Of a stretch of DNA of 57,671 nucleotides, positions 26,731 through 34,239 are shown one piece after another. The translations under genes were made by a program, and so were the position numbers. The number at the start of each line of letters is the position of its first letter. Position 1 is the stretch's first letter. Origin of the DNA: a virus (Duplodnaviria > Caudoviricetes); IMG/VR virus record IMGVR_UViG_3300037198_000035, positions 1 through 57,671 of that record. One strand, given 5' to 3'. The notes below the pieces were generated by a model. That model saw nothing but the letters and a program-made list of their open reading frames with translations. It searched no databases and was not told the origin of the DNA.

Positions 26731-26901
26731 CTATCCAGACGCCATTTCCTGATTCTGTGGCTTCACAGGGCGCGTTTTCGGCGTATGTCCTGCCCACCGC
26801 GCCGAGTTAGCCTTGCGAGCGGCTGCGGTCTTGGCCGGGCTTTTGGCTTGGCCACCCTTGCGTCCGATCTCGGATAGGTAGTTTCGAGTTTCTTGGTTCA
26901 T
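26731..26901 (-). CDS. small basic KGG-motif protein (56 aa, not in the supplied track)
   Basis: MNQETRNYLSEIGRKGGQAKSPAKTAAARKAN. Confidence 0.6.
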   Translation of the reverse strand: MNQETRNYLSEIGRKGGQAKSPAKTAAARKANSARWAGHTPKTRPVKPQNQEMASG

Positions 26902-27216
26902 AAATCAGCTTGGTTTATTGTCGGGCCTTGGCGCGGAGCGTGGATGCCTTTTTGAAAGCATCGGAAAGGACTTTCAGCGTGTTTGGGTCACGCAATCCGT
27001 TGTTCAGTGGGCCAGATTCAAGGGCCATCACAGCAAAACGCCCTTCGACCGTTGCGTTCTCCTTGCCACAATCCGGGCTGTCCGCATTCACAGGTTTGCG
27101 CCTCCGTAGCTGGCGCGGTTTGATGGACTTCAGGACGCGGATTGTTTTCGTCAGCGTCAACGCCGAAATTCGGATTCGGCAAGCTGGACTTGGTTTGAGT
27201 TTTTGATTTCATAGTT

Positions 27217-28017
27217 TTAGCTGTTGTGGTCTTGAGCCTCTTGTTTGGTGATGAAAAAGTGGATGCCGTTTGAGCATTCTAATAGCGGGTTAGGGTCGTA
27301 TTTGTCCGGCTTGACGGTTTCGCCCACTTTGTAAACATGCCCGTTGTGCAAACCTTTCCCTTCACCCCCAAGTACAATGGCGAATTCGGCTCGGCACTTG
27401 CGACCAATTAACCCGCCAACTCGTTTTGCTTTAGCCGGGATTTGCAGTTTGCATAGCACGCCGTTTTGCAACTTTTTCCAGCCGATTAAATCACCTTCCG
27501 GCAGGATGGTTCTTTGATTCAACAATTTTTTCAGGTCTGCGCCTGACAGGTTTGCGCCTGACAGGTATGCGCCTGACAGGTCTGCGCCTGACAGGTATGC
27601 GCCTGACAGGTATGCGCCTGACAGGTCTGCGCTTGACAGGTTTGCGCGTGACAGGTTTGCGCGTGACAGGTCTGCGCTTGACAGGTATGCGCCTGACAGG
27701 TTTGCGCTTGACAGGTATGCGCCTGACAGGTTTGCGCCTGACAGGTTTGCGCGTGACAGGTTTGCGCCTGACAGGTTTGCGCCTGACAGGTATGCGCCTG
27801 ACAGGTCTGCGCCTGACAGGTTTGCGCGTGACAGGTTTGCGCCTGACAGGTCTGCGCCTGACAGGTCTGCGCCTGACAGGTTGGCACCGCGCAGGTCGGC
27901 ATCGCGCAGGTTGGCATGGATGGCAAGCGCGGCAATTATAGCATCGCCGATGCTTTCCGCGTCGGTTTCAAAAATAACTGTTTCTCTATTCCAGCGGGAT
28001 ACAATTTTTATTTTCAT
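27217..28017 (-). CDS. pentapeptide-repeat protein with C-terminal DUF5758-like domain
   Basis: about 25 A(D/N/Y)LS(G/R/S) repeats; C-terminal GWKK...KCRAEFA...ECSNGIHFFITKQEA. Confidence 0.9.
   Translation of the reverse strand: MKIKIVSRWNRETVIFETDAESIGDAIIAALAIHANLRDADLRGANLSGADLSGADLSGANLSRANLSGADLSGAYLSGANLSGANLSRANLSGANLSGAYLSSANLSGAYLSSADLSRANLSRANLSSADLSGAYLSGAYLSGADLSGAYLSGANLSGADLKKLLNQRTILPEGDLIGWKKLQNGVLCKLQIPAKAKRVGGLIGRKCRAEFAIVLGGEGKGLHNGHVYKVGETVKPDKYDPNPLLECSNGIHFFITKQEAQDHNS
27532..27915. repeat. 15-bp coding tandem repeat
   Basis: (CAGGTHTGCGCBTGA)n encoding the pentapeptides. Confidence 0.95.
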
Positions 28018-28057
28018 AATTTTATTTGAGTTGCCGCCAGTTAAGGCGGCGATTGGG

Positions 28058-28471
28058 TTAGTTCTGCATCTTCCTTTCCTCGTCAACCAGATCGTGCAAC
28101 TGCAAATCTTCAAGATCGGCAACGAACATAATGCCAAATTGCTTTGTCTTGATGAAACAGCCGTGCCGGTGCGTTGAGTGGTCGGGCAGGCAGAACAGGC
28201 CCCAAAGCCCGCTTGAGGACGTGTAAGCGGTTTGCGTGTAGCCGAGACGCTTGGCGGCGCGTTCGCAAAACTCAATTTCCTTTTCGCTCATTTCGACTTG
28301 GTTAATATCCGGCGCTCCCCCGGTCGGAATTGTGGCGCGTTTTATGGCGGAGCAAACTAGCCCGGCATATAACCCGCCGACTGTTCCGTCCTGCTTGTCG
28401 GCCCGCTCTTTGTAGCGTAGAAAATTGGCCGCGTCTTCACTGTCTGCAAACTGTATTTTCACTGTTTTCAT
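28058..28471 (-). CDS. hypothetical early protein
   Basis: 137-aa ORF with A-rich upstream region. Confidence 0.6.
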   Translation of the reverse strand: MKTVKIQFADSEDAANFLRYKERADKQDGTVGGLYAGLVCSAIKRATIPTGGAPDINQVEMSEKEIEFCERAAKRLGYTQTAYTSSSGLWGLFCLPDHSTHRHGCFIKTKQFGIMFVADLEDLQLHDLVDEERKMQN

Positions 28472-28549
28472 ATTTTCATTTCCTTTTTAGTTGTTTGTTA
28501 ATTCCGGTTACAAGCCGCCCGCCGCGTGTGCGGGCGAACTGAAAACGGG

Positions 28550-29059
28550 CTATTTGCCGAGAACGGCGGCGAGTTGAGCGTCAGCTTTCTGCACGGCGAG
28601 ATATGCCTCGTTCATCGCGCCGTAATCCTGCAACGTCAGTTTTCCAAGAAAGCCGGGATTTGATTTGGCGAGGTCATCGAAATAAAACGCCTTGAACTTC
28701 GCCCAAGCATCCGCCACCGCGACCAGAGCGGCGCGTTCGGATTTTTCTTTGAATGGCTCAGCCACAAAAACACCCAGAGCGGGAACAGCATCGGCCACTT
28801 CCAAGGCGTGTTCTAATTGTCCCTCGTATCGTTCGCAAAAATTTCCTTCGTCATCAAACAGGCCAACCATCAAACGGAGCGCCTCAATTGCTTTTGTGTT
28901 TTCGTTCAATTCTGACTCAATCACCATTGCTAATTCGGCCTTTTGCTCAGGGCCGCGCCGAGGCTCTGTTAGGCACCAAGTTAAAATGCGGCCTGCTAGT
29001 TTAAGCGTGAACCCTTCCGGCCTCGCCGTAGCCTTGTCGTTTTGATTCTGTGTTTTCAT
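28550..29059 (-). CDS. hypothetical early protein
   Basis: probable start MKTQNQN. Confidence 0.6.
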   Translation of the reverse strand: MKTQNQNDKATARPEGFTLKLAGRILTWCLTEPRRGPEQKAELAMVIESELNENTKAIEALRLMVGLFDDEGNFCERYEGQLEHALEVADAVPALGVFVAEPFKEKSERAALVAVADAWAKFKAFYFDDLAKSNPGFLGKLTLQDYGAMNEAYLAVQKADAQLAAVLGK

Positions 29060-29090
29060 CGTTTTACCTTTCGTTTTGTGGGTGGGGTGG

Positions 29091-29582
29091 TTAAAGGTTA
29101 GAAGATTTTGACAGTCTTTCATTTTCGGCCATGAGTGCCGCGATTCCAGTGGCGAGGTCATACCAGACGCCGTGAACGCCCCGGTCGAGATATTCCGCGA
29201 CATAGTTTGCGAGTTGCTCCCGTTGAGCATCTGTCAGGGGTGCGGACGCGATTATTTTTTGATTTGCGACAATAAGCTCCCCGATGATTCCATCCTTCGC
29301 GGCGGCGCGGCGCGTTAGGCTTTTCACCTCGCAGAGGATGGACTCGTTTTCTTTTCTCAGCCTGTCGCACTCATTGCAGAGCCGCTGAATATCCTTAAGT
29401 GACCCGCTTCCAAAAACGGGGTCGTTACCGATCCCCCACTTGTGCATTATCTCATTTTCAATATTAGATGCCTTATTCTGTCTATTTTTGGTAGTCATAT
29501 AATTCAAAAGCCCCAACCATCCGCTCAGCGTTAAACCTCGGCGTGTTGTGTGCTCAGTTCGGTCATTCATGCAATTAGACAA
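29091..29582 (-). CDS. hypothetical early protein
   Basis: coiled-coil ORF; start uncertain. Confidence 0.5.
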   Translation of the reverse strand: MSNCMNDRTEHTTRRGLTLSGWLGLLNYMTTKNRQNKASNIENEIMHKWGIGNDPVFGSGSLKDIQRLCNECDRLRKENESILCEVKSLTRRAAAKDGIIGELIVANQKIIASAPLTDAQREQLANYVAEYLDRGVHGVWYDLATGIAALMAENERLSKSSNL

Positions 29583-30108
29583 TCGGCAAATCTGAAATAA
29601 CGGGGTAATAATTAAGCTTTTGCTGCCCCTGTATTACTTTAATCGCGCAATCTTTAGAGCAGCCCAAAACGTGCGTGAAGGTGCAAAATTTCCACATGAG
29701 GTTGCTTTCTGCACCACAGTTGCATTTGAACCACTCGATTGAATTTCCAGCACGCTCAACAAGCGGAGCCAGGCTTTCTGCTGTGTTTGCTTGGCGCTTG
29801 TTGCAATGTTGGATTAGAGAAAATCCGAGGTTAAAATCCGACTCAATTCTATCATGTGTTTTCATGTTTCCAGATGTGTTAGGAACCTCGTTGCGGTTCG
29901 ACCAAGAGCCGTCCGCGTTGATGCTGTAATAAAAATAAGTCGTGTCCGTTTTGTAATGAACGCACGGGCTGGAGTCGTGGTTGTTTTCCCAAAGTTTGTT
30001 GGCGATTAGAATTGCATCGTCAAAAGTGCCATTGAAGATTCGATTGCTGCGAGTCATGGCCGGAGCCGGGTCGAGTGTCGTAATTGTCCACTGATGTTTT
30101 GATTTCAT
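29575..30108 (-). CDS. hypothetical early protein
   Basis: probable start MKSKHQW; C-terminal CNC...CSKDC. Confidence 0.5.
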   Translation of the reverse strand: MKSKHQWTITTLDPAPAMTRSNRIFNGTFDDAILIANKLWENNHDSSPCVHYKTDTTYFYYSINADGSWSNRNEVPNTSGNMKTHDRIESDFNLGFSLIQHCNKRQANTAESLAPLVERAGNSIEWFKCNCGAESNLMWKFCTFTHVLGCSKDCAIKVIQGQQKLNYYPVISDLPIV

Positions 30109-30142
30109 TTTTTTCTCTTTGGTTAATTGTTGGGGTGGTTTG

Positions 30143-30409
30143 TTATTGGACTTTGGACAAATCGGGGCGGACAACTTTCCACGCTTCGCCGCCCTGCCAT
30201 TCAGACTGAGGATGAAGCATATAGGAAGCGCCGCGAAAACCGTCAGCACGCGCCAACATATTCAAAGCGCCGATTTTGTTGGCGTCAGTAAGCTGTTTTG
30301 ATTGGACAATCTCCACGGCAAAAGCACTGAGGGATTCTTCAATATGCCTTGCAATCTCGCTTAGGCGGCCATATTCGGCGGATTCTTCATTATCAATAAA
30401 AGTTTTCAT
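30143..30409 (-). CDS. hypothetical early protein
   Basis: probable start MKTFIDN; first gene of the leftward early run. Confidence 0.55.
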   Translation of the reverse strand: MKTFIDNEESAEYGRLSEIARHIEESLSAFAVEIVQSKQLTDANKIGALNMLARADGFRGASYMLHPQSEWQGGEAWKVVRPDLSKVQ

Positions 30410-30619
30410 TGTCAGACCTTTGGTTAATTGTTTCCCGTTCACACCAATACAATCTCACATGCCTAGCAGCTTGGCAATATATTTCTCCATCTCAATTACC
30501 CTAATCCTAAATCACTTGCGGTCGCTATATTGTATAGACACCTGATTTCACGCCGTTTTTCACACCCCAAACACTCAACCCAAGGTGTATAGACTGAGCA
30601 TAGACTGATATGGCGCGAG

Positions 30620-30648
30620 TTGACACCGAACCGCTCACGGGGTAGTTT
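30620..30648 (+). promoter_or_regulatory. sigma70-like promoter (leaderless transcript)
   Basis: TTGACA-17-TAGTTT; GTG start 6 nt downstream. Confidence 0.6.
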
Positions 30649-30654
30649 CGCCGC

Positions 30655-30987
30655 GTGAACTTACGCCCATGTACGCCACCAATCACAAAAGAGAACGCAG
30701 CCGATTACGCTAGGCGTGCCACAATCTCACGCGAAAATAACCGCGCCGCACGCCTGATTGCGTCACTGCCAGAACGCGCAACGGGTCGCGCTGTCGTTCA
30801 GGTTAACAAGGTTCTAACATGGATGGAGAAGGAAAAGGACAAGGACGAATATGCTAAACTCGCATCCATCCTCGACCGGCTCTGGAACATGGCCTATCCC
30901 AAAGCCGGTGTAATGCGCCCAAGATCGCCAGGACAGCGCCGAACAGCGCCAAGCGCCGAACCTGCACCACAAGCGCCGCAGACCTGA
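30655..30987 (+). CDS. possible terminase small subunit / DNA-binding protein
   Basis: ITKENAADYARRA motif, helical body, followed by a G-rich non-coding region; function is inference only. Confidence 0.4.
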   Translation: MNLRPCTPPITKENAADYARRATISRENNRAARLIASLPERATGRAVVQVNKVLTWMEKEKDKDEYAKLASILDRLWNMAYPKAGVMRPRSPGQRRTAPSAEPAPQAPQT

Positions 30988-31318
30988 TACACAAGGAAAA
31001 ATGCGGCAAATCAAACAATCTTGCCAGATTCGATTAAATCAGGCTGTCAAATATAGCCACATTGCAAAGCCATTGGCATCATTGATTGAAACAATTCAGG
31101 TCGCACAATAGTTGATATACCTATAGTGTTTGCTCTTGTGGTGTGATCAAAGCATTCTTTTTCCCCAGGGCTGGGGGTGGTGGGGCTGGGGTGGTGTAGG
31201 GGGCTTTTGCTATTGGCCCGCTTGGGTGGGACTCCCGCCCCTAAACCGAACATGTATTTTGGAATCTCCCTCTGTGTATTCGTCTCCGTCTCTGTGGGCT
31301 GATTCTGCTTACTGGTGG

Positions 31319-31373
31319 TGACGTTTTATTACGTCAGCAAATATGTTGACATGGGACGGAATGATGGTAGTGT
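31319..31373 (+). promoter_or_regulatory. operator-like palindrome and promoter upstream of the tRNA
   Basis: TGACGT-N6-ACGTCA (31319-31336); TTGACA (31346)-16-TAGTGT with extended TGn. Confidence 0.55.
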
Positions 31374-31418
31374 TTTTAGAATGAAAGAGCAATCATCATT
31401 GCCTTCTGGCTCAGGGCT

Positions 31419-31504
31419 GGAAGGTGTCCGGTTGGTCGAGGACGCTGTCCCGAAAACAGTTGCGGGTAAAACCGTCGGGGGTTCGAATCCCTCACCTTCC
31501 GCCA
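31419..31504 (+). tRNA. tRNA-Ser(CGA), atypical
   Basis: acceptor GGAAGGT/ACCTTCC, G73, encoded CCA, anticodon loop CC-CGA-AA, long variable arm, GTTCGAATCC. Confidence 0.9.
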
Positions 31505-31531
31505 AATTCTGCAAAGAAAGGGAGTATTCGA

Positions 31532-32038
31532 ATGTACGGTAAATCATTCGACTCGAAATACACCGGCTCAATGGTTGGAAAGGGTTTCGCTTCTTTTGCC
31601 CTGCTGGATTACGTCATCGCCAACATGAAGCCGGATAAGACGGTTGGTTTTCAGGTTGATTTGAACAGCAAAATTCTGGCAACGGTTTTTGGGGAGCCGG
31701 AGGAAAGTGTTGTAAAAGCGATTGAGTTTCTTTGCGCCCCCGACCCAAAATCACGAACGACAACGGAGGAAGGGCGGCGACTGGTTCAGGTCGGCACATT
31801 TTCATACCGTGTGGTCAATGGCGTAAAGTATGACAAAATCCGCAACGAGGAAGACCGGCGCGAGCAGAATCGGGTGGCACAGCAGAGGCATCGGGAAAAG
31901 ACGAAGAAGCCGTCCAACCCGATGAAGAAAATGTCCAAAGTTGGAACGCCACTCAAGGGCGAGGTCAGGGCGGTCAAGGACTTTGCTGACGGCAAGGTGG
32001 ACAAGAACTTTCAGCCGATAGTGCCAGAAGGAACGTGA
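31532..32038 (+). CDS. replication-organiser-like protein (N-terminal domain only)
   Basis: MYGKSFDSKYTGSM...L.APDPKSRT..EEGRRL...VVN..KY...RREQNR.AQQRHR. Confidence 0.6.
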   Translation: MYGKSFDSKYTGSMVGKGFASFALLDYVIANMKPDKTVGFQVDLNSKILATVFGEPEESVVKAIEFLCAPDPKSRTTTEEGRRLVQVGTFSYRVVNGVKYDKIRNEEDRREQNRVAQQRHREKTKKPSNPMKKMSKVGTPLKGEVRAVKDFADGKVDKNFQPIVPEGT

Positions 32039-32187
32039 TTTATGAGAATTAACAAGATTTACCGGAGAGAATCGGCGGATTCATTGCAAGGGCACGGCGA
32101 GGCTCCTTAGTTCCGATGTGCGTGACGACCTCTGACCGATTGCCGGGATTTGCTAAGGTCTAATTGGAACACTCGCCGAATAAATTT

Positions 32188-32565
32188 ATGAACATTCTTC
32201 AACTCTGGCGCGATTTCCTGTCATTCCGGTCAACGATGAAGGAATGGCTCGGTGAAGGCGGTCGTCCGGTGGATGCTTCCGTGGCGGCTGCGCGTGCGCT
32301 GCAATGCCGCCACTGCGTCTTTAACCAGCATGGGGCCGGTTACACTCAATTCACCGCCGGGGTGCTAAAAAGGCATCTGGAAGCGAAAATGAAAGCCCGG
32401 TTGAGCGTGTTGAAAGAGGCGGAATTGCACACCTGCCAGCTTTGCCGATGCCCGCTCGTTCTAAAAATCCACGTTCCGTTCACCCATATTCGGGCGTATC
32501 AGCGTGAGGACGTGCGGCAGGAGATAATGAAGGGCAAGCCAGATTGCTGGCAACTTACTCAATGA
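32188..32565 (+). CDS. Cys-rich (zinc-binding) hypothetical protein
   Basis: RALQCRHCVFN...CQLCRCPL...CW. Confidence 0.7.
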   Translation: MNILQLWRDFLSFRSTMKEWLGEGGRPVDASVAAARALQCRHCVFNQHGAGYTQFTAGVLKRHLEAKMKARLSVLKEAELHTCQLCRCPLVLKIHVPFTHIRAYQREDVRQEIMKGKPDCWQLTQ

Positions 32566-33844
32566 TGTCTGCCGGGTCGGGGATGGTCTGGTCGGTCATC
32601 TCAACCCCGACTTCTTTGGCGGCTTGAAGTTCTTTCATCAGGTCTGCTAGTGACGAAAACTCGACGTGGACGCCTTCCGGCATCTGGTCAACGACTTCTC
32701 GGAGATGGTCAACCGCTTCTTCGATGGTGTCGCCAATGCCCACACACCAGCCGATTTCAGAGACGCCTTGCGGGTCGGGCGGAACGCAGATTTTTCCATT
32801 AGACCTGCATGAGAATGAGATTTTAACAAATGGGTCAATTTCTTCCGGGATGTCGAACACGCCCCAATGGTCGCGGTCAACCTTGAAAATTGCCTGTGCG
32901 CCGAATTTGGCTGTTTGCTCCGGCTCAACCAGAATTCCATTTGCGCCCTGCCAGATGATTTCTCCCAAGTTGCCGATCATCTCGCACATACACTGGCTTG
33001 GAGGCGAAGGCATACGGCACGTAGGATCAATGAAATAACTTTCCCCCTCTTTTGTGATTCTGACTTCGGTGCAAAACATGCCACGGTAGCCGTATGATTC
33101 AAGAATGGGGGAAAACGATTCGTTGACGCAGCGGACTTCTTCGGGGCAATCAGCGAACTTTTGGAACGCCCCGATGTAACTCTGGTCTTTTTTTTCAAGA
33201 CCATGAATGATTGTTTCCGGCCACTGTCCATCAATGCAGTAGGTGTCAATTCCATCCTCGATTTCGGTGTCAATCGGGGCGAACACCCAAAACACCAGAT
33301 TTTCCTTGAGCGGCCCCAACTTCGCGGCCATCTCATCAATGATGTTTTCATCCTCTGCCATGCTGTGGAAGTGGAACGTCTCAAAGTCGCCCCGGTAGGT
33401 GTCCACCTTGATGTATTGGTCAGGGTTATCTTGCAGGAACAGGCGAAGGTTGGTGATACCCTTGACTTTCTCAGCCTTTGGGACGGGAAGATTGGTCTTG
33501 TTTTTTAGGACATCAAGGAACTTGCCGCGTCGGGCCTCAAGTTCATCACCATTACGGCAACCCCATACCGGGATACCGCGTTCAATGAATTGTTTTTGCA
33601 GGTCGGAATATCCTATATCGGGAAACACGGCTAAATCAATTTCGCTTGCAACTGATTCGACGGATTCAACCCGGATAATTTCACTGTATCCGTCTCCGAT
33701 AATGTCGTCTCGAAAGTGGGGAAAGGCATTTTCCCATGGCGACCAGTAATAGACGGTTTTGAATTCGCGGGCGAGTCGTCGGGCGACGTGAACAAACAGC
33801 CCGGCGTCCGCAACCAAACAGATGATGTCTTTTGCCGATTTCAT
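32555..33844 (-). CDS. ATP-grasp ligase (PurD/GARS-like fold)
   Basis: IPVWG...LE.RR, YIKVD, GYRGMFCTEVRI...YFIDPTCRMPSP. Confidence 0.75.
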   Translation of the reverse strand: MKSAKDIICLVADAGLFVHVARRLAREFKTVYYWSPWENAFPHFRDDIIGDGYSEIIRVESVESVASEIDLAVFPDIGYSDLQKQFIERGIPVWGCRNGDELEARRGKFLDVLKNKTNLPVPKAEKVKGITNLRLFLQDNPDQYIKVDTYRGDFETFHFHSMAEDENIIDEMAAKLGPLKENLVFWVFAPIDTEIEDGIDTYCIDGQWPETIIHGLEKKDQSYIGAFQKFADCPEEVRCVNESFSPILESYGYRGMFCTEVRITKEGESYFIDPTCRMPSPPSQCMCEMIGNLGEIIWQGANGILVEPEQTAKFGAQAIFKVDRDHWGVFDIPEEIDPFVKISFSCRSNGKICVPPDPQGVSEIGWCVGIGDTIEEAVDHLREVVDQMPEGVHVEFSSLADLMKELQAAKEVGVEMTDQTIPDPADIIE

Positions 33845-34239
33845 AAATCGTTCACGTTTCGTTCATGGGTTTCCCACGGCAAATCCAGACGTGAACAAAC
33901 TTCCTTTTCAATCCACGTCGCGCCCACATGCTGCGAATGGTAAGGCGCATCCGGGCTGTCCCCCGGTTCGCAACTATTGCCAGATTTTCGATGCGCTTCA
34001 TAGTTCATGTCGAATAAATCAATGTCCTTGAATTTCACATCAGAGGCAAGGCATGTCACAGATTCAAACGCCTCATGCACAGCAACTGCAAGCTCGCTGC
34101 GCCAGTCGGACATGCGGCTGATAAAGATTGTCAGGGTGTCATCCTCGGCATCATACAAAAAATCACCACAAGTCAAATAACGATGGTTCTCCGGCTTAAT
34201 TGTCTTGATGACTATTTTGGGGATGTGATTCACAATCAC
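33841..34239 (-). CDS. small zincin-like metalloprotein
   Basis: VAVHEAFE (HExxE) and distal EPGD...APYHSQH..A..IE. Confidence 0.6.
   Translation of the reverse strand: MIVNHIPKIVIKTIKPENHRYLTCGDFLYDAEDDTLTIFISRMSDWRSELAVAVHEAFESVTCLASDVKFKDIDLFDMNYEAHRKSGNSCEPGDSPDAPYHSQHVGATWIEKEVCSRLDLPWETHERNVNDL

Noticed and set aside
27532-27915. Regular repeats as a possible CRISPR array, and the Cys/Gln-rich or LTG-repeat ORFs in other frames
   Set aside because: These are contiguous 15-bp units without spacers; they encode pentapeptide repeats and the other frames are shadows.
31424-31531. ORF extensions across the tRNA
   Set aside because: The region is explained by the tRNA; the protein most likely starts at 31532.
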